Notes under the pieces: model-generated
Database searches by the model: none
Seen by the model: the letters and a program-made list of their open reading frames with translations, nothing else
Told to the model about the DNA's origin: nothing
Position numbers and translations under genes: made by a program
Assembly: GCF_001194135.2 (NCBI RefSeq)
Contig: NC_068989.1
Span: 93,919,734 to 93,965,357, forward strand
Length of the DNA: 45,624 nt
Direction of reading: 5' to 3'
DNA from: Octopus bimaculoides
Taxonomy: Eukaryota
In this document: in pieces, positions 11,591 to 23,356 of the stretch
How the letters are laid out: the number at the start of each line of letters is the position of its first letter
How positions within the stretch are numbered: the stretch's first letter is position 1

Positions 11591-12755
11591 AGCAACAAAT
11601 TAAACAAAGCTATTTCCTGTGCTATGGTGGCCAATAATTTGTTATATATTTCAGGCGGAGTTTTCCCACGCTGCCCGAGGCTTATTAAAGAGTACGCCGG
11701 ATGAAAACTTTTGAGAGCTCCTGGTTTGGACAGAAAACTTTATTTCATTAAACAGGATTCTATTACATCTAATTTATTGCTGCCTGTGGAATATACTGAA
11801 AATTAGTTGCAGCAAATATGGAAATGTAAGCAATGACTGTCCAAACATTGATGCATTTAGAACTCGGATGCAGTATCTAGATGAGCCAATCGAACTACAT
11901 GTCAATACATTTAAGTTCACCCGTGAGGAATACGTTGCGTTGATATTCAATGTAAATGCAAAACATTATTACAAACGAACAGACTTTATATTCTACGCTT
12001 AATATGAATATAATTGAAGACAGATTAATGTTTCAGCGATAATCAAATATTTAACTTTAAAAAATAAAACTGAGATTATTTTCTTAGAGATAAGAGATTT
12101 TAATCGATACGTTTCACTGAAGATGATATTCCTTGAAGGATGCATATTAGAAACAGTTTTTTTTTTGTGCAAGTTGCAGATTATTGTATCAAATATTTCA
12201 TCTAAACATAATTGACTACGTTATTGTTTTTCAACTCGGCGTCTATGATAATTTAATCTTTAATCTAAAATATTCTTAATATTAAACCAGAATGTTGCAA
12301 CTTCATCCTTTGTTTAAACATTTCTCGCTGAGATCAAATAAAGCAACCTTTGGAATATTCAAATATAACACTTTCTCTGGCTTCCGTAAAGATAAATTTA
12401 TAATAGATGAGTTTATTTCGCTGTAGTAATATATCGTTTTGATTCTCAATTATATTTTACTGGCAAACAAATTAAATGTATTTAAAAAAATAAAATAGTG
12501 AATATAAAATTCTCCAAAAGAAGGGGAAGAAAACTGAGAGAATGAAATATCTTGTTAAAGTATTATTGGAATTGCAAGTAAGGATAAAAATCTTGTGTTG
12601 TAAGGACTATTATAAACTGTAATCAGTTGCATTGATGATGATAACTTCTTGTAGATGCTGATCGAAAAACAATATATCGCATTGTTATGATTATTTGATA
12701 TCGCTTATAGTCCTGAATTAAAACCGTATTGTTTTTTAATAACTCATATATGATA

Positions 12756-13137
12756 GTGGAGGTGCAATGGCCCAGTGGTTACGGCAGCAGACTCGCGATC
12801 ATAGGATCGTGGTTTCGATTCCCAGACCGGGCGTTGTGAGTGTTTATTGAGTGAAAACACCCAAAGCTCCACGAGGCTCCGGCAGGGGATGGTGGCGAAC
12901 CATGCTGTACTCTTTCACAACTTTCTCTCACTCTTACTTCCTGTTTCTCTTGTGCCTGTAATTCAAAGGGTCAGTCTTGTCACACACTGTGTCACGCTGA
13001 ATATCTCCGATAACTACGTTAAGGGTACACGTGTCTGTGGAGTGCTCAGCCACTTGCACGTTAATTTCACGAGTAGGCTTTTCCGTTGATCGGATCAACT
13101 GGAACCGTCGACGTCGTAAGCGATGGAGTGCCAACAA
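12756..13137 (+). mobile_element. tRNA-derived SINE, family C, full length with 11-bp TSD
   Basis: tRNA-like head TGGCCCAGTGG...GGTTTCGATTCCC. Near-identical inverted copy at 40298-40663. CATATATGATA is duplicated at 12745-12755 and 13138-13148. Confidence 0.93.
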
Positions 13138-13659
13138 CATATATGATAACACATACGCGTCGACAGGGTCCTTGATGTTAACATTGTCAATAAACTCATG
13201 TTATGTTACATTTATTTCTGTATAACCTGGTTCGCATTCTTGATAGATCATCAGGCAAATGTTTAAAAATAATAATTCTAAATGTTGATATTGAACCTCG
13301 CATTAGTCATCATCTTCTTATATCACTTCAGGACTCCGCGTTCTGTTATATCCGGCACATTGAAATAAACATTAGTTACAACTAACATTTTCTGTTGCAA
13401 AATAAGTGGTGAATTATAATGGCTATTAAAGTTGATCTAGTTCAGGCTTTCGATTGCCGAATGGAAATTCGGCAATCCAAAGCCCAAGAGGCACGAAGTT
13501 CTGTAAAAGGCTTGCGAAACTTTAAGTCGCTTGTAACCGAAACACTGTTTTAAATAATGCATTTAACTCCATCTAAATGTAGTGAATGCACTTTCTATCG
13601 TTTCTCTACTAACTCGTGTATATATATATATATTTATTTATTTATTTATTTATACATAT

Positions 13660-14120
13660 AAAGTGGAGAATGGAGAAACAAACACAAGAAAAAGCAAGTC
13701 ATTTGGGCTAGTTAGCCATTGATTTAATTATGTGGAGATTATATAATGAGTCATTTACGATCGTTTCGATGTGCCAAATGGTTTGGCAGATCTCTTCAGA
13801 ATGTTGAGAAGTATGTTAAAGTTCATGGTGTGAGAGATGCAAGAGTAAGGGTTAGTGGATATAGTAATGCATATAGTGGTATAAGAACAGTTAGGTAAAG
13901 TTAGTCTTACATTTTAGTTGAAGTTGTGTTAATAGTCTTTCTGCGAGGGAGAGGTAGCGTGGGTGCTGTTCAAACTCGTAGTTCCAATTTTGGTTAAACG
14001 CATTTCGCATGTGATTGTTTTTAAAAGACACATGCTTGTTTAAGATGCACAGAAAGAAAAGTATAATCTATTTGCTAGGTATGAGCAGGAATAGTAACAT
14101 CCGTCTTCTTTAACTTACAA
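13660..14120 (-). mobile_element. Probable 3' end of a Penelope-like element (ORF C-terminal remnant, HHR and tail)
   Basis: Open stretch LCILNKHVSFKNNHMRNAFNQ...LQLKCKTNFT* ends ~85 nt upstream of the HHR. A ~95-nt tail then runs into (AAAT)n(TA)n. Protein identity is not certain. Confidence 0.5.
13752..13803 (-). ncRNA. Type I hammerhead ribozyme, canonical core
   Basis: Minus strand reads CAUU-CUGAAGA-GAU C UGCCAAA CCA UUUGGCA C AUC-GAA-AC GAUC GU-A/AAUG. All conserved core nucleotides are present, stem II is closed by G-C, stem III is the palindrome ACGAUCGU, and the triplet is GUA. Confidence 0.9.
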
Positions 14121-16589
14121 ACCTTTGGCAAACTAAATTCTATTGAAGAAAGCCACAGTGGATCGAACCAAAAAACACACCGTAACAAAACGAATCTCTT
14201 ACCAACCTACCCATGCTCGTAATCAAGCTGACTAACAATTTTTGTCTATTATTTATCCTTTCAATATTCAAGTCTAGCTTTTCAGAATTTATCAAGTTTC
14301 CTATTTTGTAGCTATAAATTACTTCATCAGTGATATCCAAATTTCAAACAAAAAGTTTGTATGCAATTATTAGTTTTGATAATGCAGATGGATTTCCATG
14401 AACACCACAAACATTCTTACAACAAAGTCAACAGTGTAACTAAAACGTTATCAATTGAATCATTACTAAATGAGCAAAGATTATGTTCATATAATAACTT
14501 ACAAAATGTACATGGTATTCGCTAGATGATTTGTTATTCTGGCTAGCCATATCAATTTCTTACGTAACTATATGTTCCTCCTAATGACCCAAGGATATAT
14601 GAAAAAACGAGTTTCTTTAAACTCGTTATTCGAGTCACTTATCAAACGTCTGTGTATTAGAATGTATACGTGACTATGATTTAGTATTTGTTGATTCATC
14701 AGAAATGTAACTGCGATGATAGGAAACGATACGTGGTAGAATGAGAAATTTAATAAATGACCTATTGTCCAGGAAAGTGTTCTCGGTCGCAAGATGCCAA
14801 AAAAGCTTCACCCTATCGAAACCTTCCTTGCTCTCTTATACATTATGTCTTCAGCATTTAATTCAAGTGAGTGCACATGATGGCTAAGATTAGATTCACA
14901 GTTAGTTATTTCTGACATTTTCTTCAGTAGCTAAAAACCAAAATAATTTCCTATCAATATTATTGAAAATGACACCCACATAACTATAGCACAAGTGCCA
15001 TTTTGGATATCGGCGAATGTTAAATTTACTTCTATCACTTGTGCATTAAAATGTACTTGGAATTTTCTTCAGCTATCATCTTTGAAAATTATTCCCAATT
15101 ACCACTAAAATACACCATTCTAAAAATAGGGAGCGACTGATTATTTTCTTATGTCAAATCTACAAAAATCTCTAACATTGCAGTAAATGAAATGATATTT
15201 GTAAGTCAATTTTTGGCATTTTCTCAACATCGTTTTTATATATTTAGATTCATTCAGATGATATTTCTAGACGCGTTGCTTGTAATTTTAGTTCTTCCTT
15301 GCTTTGGTAAATAGGAAAGCAGAATATTCATTGATGCCATTAGCTGTTTCACTATAAAAATTATGGAAGCATAAAAACCATTCTATTGCTGTTGTTGATA
15401 TTTAGCCTTGATCGAGCTATAAGAAAAAGCTTCTCAACCGCGACCGTTTTTACATACGAGAACTCTCTAAGAATTACAGCATTAATCATTGCGCATTCCC
15501 CTCATTCAAGATTCGTTTGCTATTGTGTGCTGGTCTGGTGATGACATACAGGCTATTTTGTAGTTTATGTTATCGGATCAGTACTGGAAAAGTGTACCAA
15601 TTATCAAACGTGTTTCAGTTGCATCTCTATCGTTTTGACTTGCAGACAACTGAATTCTCCAATCTATACTTCCTATTTTAAGATTACAAGCTGAAAGACA
15701 TTTAGCTTCTAATTCTAGCAGATGTAATCACCTTGCAGGTTTTCTTATAAATGCTCGAAGAATATTCTGCAATAAAACTTTTAGTTCTCATTCTCCGAAT
15801 GCGTAATAACATTAATAGAAAGTTAACTAACAATCTGATGATACAATAAAATTTAAGTATATTGCAAAATTACAGCTCTGCGTGAAACAATATTATTTTT
15901 GTAGTTATCCCATTAAAACAATGGCCAATATATTACACATTATCAGTTGAAATATTAGAATAATAACAGTGATTCTACGTTTTATGAGATTGTAATTTAC
16001 TCATAACACTTCTATTAGTTTACAATCTTAGACTTACAAAGTTGGAGTTGCGATTGTATTTACCATCTTTTGTTCTTCCTGCACTGGGCAATCCTGGGAA
16101 TTTATTCAATGTTATTTGTTTCATTTGAATAATTACTTAATAATTTTGACGCGCAAATGTTTGGTATCCGTATCCTCCTAAGATCTGTCAGTTAAGCGTT
16201 AGCATACAGTTCGGTTAGGGGTTCGAATATGGCCAAACTAAATCATGCGTAGCACTAATTAAAAAGAGTTTTTGTTGTTAATCTCATTCACCCAATCTCT
16301 TGGTGAAAACATATCTTTTACAACTCGTCTTTCACGAGCAGATGACACCTCATCCCATAGAAATATTAATGCTATAAAAATACTCAGTGGGTCCCTATTT
16401 AAGTATTGCTCCGAAATGTGGGAAAATGTTGCAGTCCATCCCTCCACCAGAATGAATAAGTCTCGACTGTATATGCAAAAGGCCACTTGCCTTAATTCCC
16501 TCACAAAAATGCTCCAGTTTTTGGCTCGCTTATACATCGTTTCCTCTTTGTGCTTTTTCTATCATTACTATAATAGCCTATCCTTTTCG

Positions 16590-16735
16590 GATATAGCTAT
16601 GTTAAGGCCACCCACAATTACATGTCTGGCTCAGTCCCACTGCTTGTCACCACGGTCGGGTTTCTTCTTCTATAGCCCTAAGCTGACCAAAGCCTTATGA
16701 GTGGATTTAGTTGATGGAAAACTGTCGTGTATGTA
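16590..16735 (+). mobile_element. SINE family A, 5' half, degenerate
   Basis: GGCTCAGTCCCACTGC...CTATAGCCCTAAGCTGACCAAAGCCTTATGAGTGGATTTAGTTGATGGAAA; ends at its internal (TA)n. Confidence 0.75.
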
Positions 16736-16742
16736 TATATAT

Positions 16743-16950
16743 GGGAGAATATACGAAAAAACAACAACAGACGAGGACAGGTGGTGTAAATAACAAAAGG
16801 ATGTATTAGTATGACGCTCGGGAATACGGAAAGTCTTTGACGTTTCGAGCTACGCTCTTCAACAGAAAGAATACGGAGACAAGGAGAAAAACACGGAGAA
16901 AAAAAATTGAATAGTGTCCAGTCAACGGTCAATCATAACAATGTATGTAT
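16743..16950 (-). mobile_element. Short PLE-type terminal fragment with a minimal HHR-like motif (16834-16870)
   Basis: Minus strand reads UCUUU-CUGUUGA-A-GAGC GUA GCUC-GAA-ACGU-C/AAAGA. The ~100-nt tail is homologous to 44190-44275. Confidence 0.7.
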
Positions 16951-17144
16951 ATNNNNNNNNNNNNNNNNNNNNNNNNNNNNNNNNNNNNNNNNNNNNNNNN
17001 NNNNNNNNNNNNNNNNNNNNNNNNNNNNNNNNNNNNNNNNNNNNNNNNNNNNNNNNNNNATATATATAGTTTATTTTTAAAAACGGAGATAAAAATACAC
17101 GAAAAGAGAACGCGAGGACGTAACACTTGCAATGTATGTATGTG

Positions 17145-17189
<45 letters not shown>

Positions 17190-19666
17190 TGAAACTGAGG
17201 GTGCGGAGCGGATAAATTCCAGGCTACGTGTATTTCTAATCTGCCTAGCCGATCCTCTGGTGTATTAATTATTTAATGATAGATACTGAACTTACTTAAC
17301 CATCAGGCCGAGAATACCTTAACTACACGAAAGTTACATTCTCGCTTGGATGTTCACTCACCATAAATAGAAGTTGAAATGAGTAGTGAAGTCGGAAGAA
17401 CAGAATTAAAAAAAACCCAAATGTCTGAAGAAAGAAAATGGTTAGAAAGGAAAGAATAAAATCAAATACGTTGAAGTGGGAGTCATATGAGTCGTTGATA
17501 AGAATGAGCAATCGGAGAGGGGAAGAGAGAGGAGGAAGATAGGAGCAGATAATTGTTATCGTTAAGGAGAAATAATGATTGTTAATATTCAACTCTACTG
17601 TTGAATAGTGGTACTGTAGCTATTAGTCTACTCCACATTATACACCTATGAATCCTTGCTCACATACTTCACACTAGTAATATCAATATAACTATATACG
17701 TGCGCGACTCACACATGCAAACACGAATTTACATGCCATGACAGAGTCTTATACCTATGGATGGATGCGTGCGCACACTCCTGGACACTCAGGCATATTT
17801 GTGTATATAATTATATAGAAAGGAATGTCTATGGAACTAAATTCTATTCATATTTCATTTTCTATATAGAATATAGTTCCGTTGCGTAAATTTTCTTTGC
17901 TGACAGCATTTCGAAATAGGTTCCTTTCTTTAGTACAACACTTTTGAGAATAAGCGAATCAATTTGTAGAACTTTTCAATGCATCGTGTAGTATGAGGCA
18001 GATGCTTCATAATATGGTTCATTCAAGGTCCAAATTCAGTATTAGTGTCGAGAAAACTCCAGAAAGCAATGGAATTGGAATGTTCTCAATGATATTGTAC
18101 TCAATCCGTGTAAAGAGTAATACAAACCTGGAAAAAAGAATACATTCAGTGTTTGTGGCCCTTTAATAAAGCAGGTTTGGTTGATAAACGCTGATCAGCA
18201 TACTACCTCGATCTAAATGAGTGTTTTTACGAAATGAAGTAATTTTCTATTTTGGTTATGTAGAGATAATTTCACGAATTATGAATGTCTCTATACGCCA
18301 TTGTGAAAACAGGCGTGTTTCTAACCATATGATTTCTGACTCAACTAATTACGTTAGGGTATTTAATGGGATGCAATGGCAATTTATATGGATAGAATTT
18401 GTACGTAAAACATTGGGTAAATATTATGTTTTGTCTTGTTTTCCCTTTCAAGTTTCAAATGCCATCATCTGCATTCGAAAATGATCAGTTTTGTTCAAAC
18501 TATATTTGTAAAATAAAACGTATTAGATATTAACTTATCTATTACTGTTACCGATGAACGTGCAGCGATTGTTGGATAATTTACGCAAATCTATTTATGG
18601 TAAAGTTATCAAATCAAAGGGCTTTTTCTATGAGTTAATTAATTTAAGGTTGGAAAAATTACATTCCTATTTCTATTATAATAACATCAAGAAATATAAA
18701 AAAGAAATTAGACCGTTACAGAAAATGGCGCATTTAACAAAGAATTAGGAAATTGACGCAACTAACATTAAATGGGATGCATGTAATTGAATCAAGTGAT
18801 GTTTGTTACGCTAAAATGATTTTAATCTCAGTCTGTATTCGATCAGGTTATAAAAAAATGTATACATGTTAAAGATTAAATATGGTGCTTATACTTATGA
18901 TTACAGCCGAACCAGAAAAAAAAAACTAGAATTATTGGTGTTTATATAAATTAAGGGAGTTTAATCATTGTTGACTGTTGAATTTGATGGATGAATTTGT
19001 AACAGAATTCAGCAGTTATTTATACTTGAAAACTGTGGTATAGGCAATTAGATAAATAATAAGTAAAGCGTAACAAACTGGGATTCTATTTAACTGGGAA
19101 TATGCAAAAACATATTTCCTTGTAATGGAAACCTTATTAGATTATTAAAATAAAACGCGAAACAGCAAATGTAAACTTCGGATTACACATAGACTTATAT
19201 CTTAATATCAATAAACAATATACATGAACTGGCAGAAATTTTACAGAGTCGGTCCACATTTTACAGAAATTTTATAGAATCGTTATAAATTACCACAGTT
19301 AGTTACCAAGAACAGTTAACACTGAGGCGTTGAAATCTCAACGACTTGAATTCCACTTTGATGAAGTGATATAGCATTTACTCATTTAATTATTGAGGGA
19401 CGTTTCATCAACTAAGTGTTCCTTGAAATTGTGTGTTGTACTGGTCTTAGAAATCATAACTGACAAATAGATACTTGTGTTTTGAAACGTCAACGGAACC
19501 AATTAATTTTTTAAAATACTAATTGATAAATTTAGTTTGGATATATAAAAAAGAAAATCCAAATTTCAAACTTTACGATAATACTCACAATGAGAAGAGC
19601 TATTTATTATTATTCGCCTCTAAATAGTGGAGGGCAATTATAGAAATCCTACATGTAGATGGAAAC

Positions 19667-19701
<35 letters not shown>

Positions 19702-19843
19702 GTAAAGGAAAAATAGCCTAACTAAGGATAAAAATATCCAATGGCTTACAGGTTCATTGCCTATTATTTTTGGGGTGAATAGTAATATTCATAAATAATA
19801 GGTTTAAGTATAAACCTTGGTTTATAAACATTAAAATTAAAAT

Positions 19844-20392
19844 TCATAAAATCAAGATGTAACATTAATATAATTTATTAACTGCAAGAGTTGAACATAT
19901 TTTACAGCTGTTTCGATTTTGCCCAAAGATCAAATTCCTGTATTTAAATCATTGTATTGGGAAAATATTATCAAAGGAGTAGAAAAAATGTTTCCAAATC
20001 ATCTCAACACAGTGAATTTGTATAAACCTGGGCCAGTGGATAATCGGTTATATTAGTAAGTGATGGATAATATGATAATATTATTTACTGTAACTCAATA
20101 CATAGCCTTTATTTATATATTTACGAATTATTACACTGATTTCGTCCGCATTATTCATTACCTATGAATATAACCTGGCCCAGATTTATAACAATAATAG
20201 CAATTAAATGATATTCAGTATGTATCTAATAGCCTAACCGTATGTATTTTTCTATTCCACCGATACGATTTGCCCAGTACAATGATTTAATTACTGGAAT
20301 TTGATCTTTGCCTAAATCGAAACAGCTGTAAGAGAATATGTTGAATTATTGCAGTTAATAAATTATATTAATGCTACATTTTCATTTTATGG
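19844..20392. repeat. Fold-back element, ~190-bp imperfect inverted arms and ~135-bp spacer
   Basis: CATAAAATCAAGATGTAACATTAATATAATTTATTAACTGCAA...TACAGCTGTTTCGAT...TATAAACCTGGGCCAG is mirrored by CTGGCCCAGATTTATA...ATCGAAACAGCTGTA...TTGCAGTTAATAAATTATATTAATGCTACATTTTCATTTTATG. Confidence 0.9.
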
Positions 20393-20400
20393 ATATTACT

Positions 20401-20441
<41 letters not shown>

Positions 20442-20451
20442 NNNNNNNNNN

Positions 20452-20489
<38 letters not shown>

Positions 20490-20943
20490 TTATCTCTCTC
20501 TCTTTCTATCATCTCCACGCATAAGCCTTTATAAATACTTTTTGTTCAAATAAATCTGATGTTTTAGTAGCATTTTATCGTTCAATTCTAGCTAAATTTT
20601 AAGCGATAAATTTCTAATAACATGAACTCTGGGTCTTTCAAAGAAGTTTGTTTATATATGAAAATTCCTAAACATAGTCCTCAAATAAGTCATTTCATAA
20701 CTCAAGACTTATTTTTCCTGACGTGATCTAATAATATGTCACTAAATACATCTTTAAAAGTTACAAATATTGATGATTCTAAAATATTATATTAAACATA
20801 TGTAGAATAACATATTTTAAAAATATTTTTGGGTTGTTTTGTTGATTTGGTTCCTTTTATAATTATTCTTATAGGCATATCTTTTAATCTTTTAATTTGC
20901 ATTACTTGTCAAATCGTAATACAAATAGAATGAACCAAGCAAT

Positions 20944-21100
20944 AGGCCCAGGTGTGGCTGTGTGGTAAGAAGCTTGCTTCCCAGCCACAGGGTTCTAGGT
21001 TCAGCCCCATTGCGTGGCACGTTAGCAAGGTGTTCTACTTTAGCCTCTGGTCGACCAAAAACTTGAGATTTGAAAGACGGAAATTGAAAGAAGCCCGTCG

Positions 21101-21131
<31 letters not shown>

Positions 21132-21350
21132 GTCTCTTAAAGGATAGAGCTCAAAATCAATGCATTGAAGATACTTTATTGCAGCAACAATTATAATAAT
21201 AACAGAAACAACCACAATAAGCCAAACCTATGCACATTTCAATAGGGTATCCNNNNNNNNNNAAGTCTTGGGGTCGATTTGTGTGACTAAAGACGGTGCT
21301 CCAGCATCGCCACAATCAAATGATGAAACAAGTAAAAGAATAAAAGAATA
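20944..21350 (+). mobile_element. SINE family A split at its internal (TA)n (head 20944-21100, tail 21263-21350) by ~150 bp of other sequence and a gap
   Basis: Head GGTGTGGCTGTGTGGTAAGAAGCTTGCTTCCC and GAAAGAAGCCCGTCG; tail GGGGTCGATTTG...GGTGCTCCAGCAT...TAAAAGAATA. Confidence 0.85.
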
Positions 21351-21364
21351 CATATACACAGACA

Positions 21365-21752
21365 TGCAGGAAGTAAATAGACACCTTTAATTTTCAAAAA
21401 ACTTTTATTTGATATTAATTGGTTGAAGGAGAGGTTTTCTTCTAGCTGCTCGTCCATAATACCCAAGCTTATGCAGATATGTAACACGCGTTCTTGGACT
21501 AACTTCTAGCTGTTTTGCAATGTCAGAAGCCTTCAAACGGGGTTCGTTTTCCACAATTCTCTTCAAACAGCGAAGCTTCCTTTCCGAAGGCCCAGGTCGG
21601 CCGGGACGTGAATCTGTTGATTCTTTTCCTTGGCTTTTGAATTGCACTATAATTCTATTAACAGAAGCAACAATACTATCACTTTCAAAACCTGACAAAT
21701 GTTTAATACAATGGCACCTGGAATGAAAAAGAATGAAAAGCTAATTTTAGTA
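21365..21752 (-). mobile_element. Tc1-like transposon fragment (N-terminal DNA-binding region of the transposase)
   Basis: LSGFESDSIV...SRPGRP...LKRIVENEPRLKASDIAKQLEVSPRT...LHKLGYYGRAARRKPLL: HTH domains with a GRP motif and RRKP. No DDE domain is present. Confidence 0.85.
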
Positions 21753-21786
21753 CAAATCCAGAAACTTTTACGGGAATCTGTTACTC

Positions 21787-21933
21787 GATAGCATCGATAC
21801 CACTGCTCAACTAGTACTTATTTAATCGACTGCAATAAATGAAAGCCGAAAGTGCCCTTCGCGGAATTAAATTCAGAACTTAAAGAAGCAGAAGTTTATC
21901 CGAAATGCTAACGATTCTGCCAGCTCGCCGCCT
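21787..21933 (-). mobile_element. SINE family B, partial
   Basis: Plus strand ends TGCTAACGATTCTGCCAGCTCGCCGCC (intact head on the minus strand); body AGTACTTATTTAATCGAC...GCGGAATTAAATTCAGAAC. Confidence 0.85.
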
Positions 21934-22972
21934 CATCGCATTCATTTGTTCTATGTTCCGAACAAGGACACATTGTATCTGCCCCGAAAATAAAGTAGAT
22001 ACAAAATCGGCATCGGTGCGATTTGAACACATTAGGTAGCAATACATGATTGTTATCAATTTTACCGCCTCGCCAACACTTTAACCAACTCACCACAATA
22101 TAAATAAAACAATGTCTTAAATACAATATATCTGAACACAAAATGATGTAGAATCTGTAATTCAAGCAATATGTAAATAAGTACAAAATACGTTGAGTAA
22201 TTGTAAAAAAACGCACAGTCATAAATCACGTATAAATAGAAAAAAACATACGCATTTCGATGTGTATAAGTACATATACATACACGCATACAAACAAAAA
22301 CGCACTTCCTTCGAAATAATTGCATGGTTAAAGTAGGTAGATAATACAGTAGTTAATGTAGCGCAGGTGCTGAGTCCAGCAAATATTTTTAATGACCACC
22401 TATGAATCAATTTTAAAGTTTCAATTGAAGAGTCACCTGGAAATAAGAATATTGAGCAGAGGCATAGCAGAATATCAATCGATTGATTACATTAAATATA
22501 TTTAGGCGCAAGTGGTCATTAAAATCGCCAGTTTATACATGAACGAAAGAATGTAATTAGATAGTCTTTCTTGGCCTACTTTAACTTTGGAGCCTTTTAG
22601 AATTAATATGAAGAGTGGATTCACTCTTGCCTAGATAATCTGATAGCAAGTTAAAGTAGACCCATTAGGATAATTAAAAGGACGGAATGTCTATTTAATT
22701 TTTCCCGCGGAAATATATTATGTACGTTAACTATCAGAAACTATTAGCAGTCATGAAATAGACTGAAGTGTGTAGACGGAAATAAGGAGAGTGGGAGAGA
22801 AAGTGAGAGAGAGAAAGAGGGAGAAAGAGAAACAAAAAGAACTGCAGCTTTCTCGTTACATGAATGTGAAAGTAAGTAGTATGTAGCAGGGCAGCATGAT
22901 TTATAATTAGCTCCCAAAGTAATAGTGGAAGAACTTTTGATGCTTGCAGTGTATTTAAATTGGGTGATGGTC

Positions 22973-23080
22973 ATATATATATATATATATATATAATTTA
23001 TATATATATATTTATGTGTATATATATATATATTTATGTGTATATATATATATTTATGTATATATATATATATATTTATG

Positions 23081-23117
<37 letters not shown>

Positions 23118-23356
23118 TTATGTATATATATATATATTTATGTATATATATATATTTATGTGTATATATATATTTATGTGTATATATATATATATATATA
23201 TTTATGTGTATATATATATTTATGTGTATATATATATATATATATATATTTGTATATATATATTTGTGTATATATATATATATATTTATGTGAATATATA
23301 TATATATATATTTATGTGAATATATATATATATTTATGTGTATATATATATATATA
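22973..23356. repeat. Compound TA-based satellite, variable units such as TATATATATTTATGTG, running into an N-gap
   Basis: Direct reading. It produces the spurious YI-repeat ORFs in the track. Confidence 0.95.

Noticed and set aside
11641-11730. GC-richer stretch after a TTTCAG acceptor-like site on the plus strand
   Set aside because: All three frames stop within ~60 nt and there is no good donor.
12117-12160. Further HHR-like strings: CTGAAGA...GAAACAGT (12117), CTGACAA...GAAACGTC (~19460), GAG..CTCGAAACATGTC (~41325), hairpin at ~32998-33020
   Set aside because: Each lacks at least two of intact core, stem I and stem III; too degenerate to call individually.
12756-12835. tRNA-like sequences (also at 6771, 20944, 36762 and 40600-40663)
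   Set aside because: They have A/B boxes but continue into SINE bodies and do not form full cloverleafs; they are SINE heads, not tRNA genes.
16259-16700. Overlapping 142-aa (+) and 92-aa (-) ORFs
   Set aside because: No recognisable domain or splice signals; the plus ORF runs into a SINE.
22387-22662. Short inverted repeats (TTTTAATGACCAC/GTGGTCATTAAAA; GGCCTACTTTAACTT/AAGTTAAAGTAGACC) and a 9-bp hairpin at 14606-14627
   Set aside because: Possibly old MITE remnants, but too short and single-copy here to support a call.
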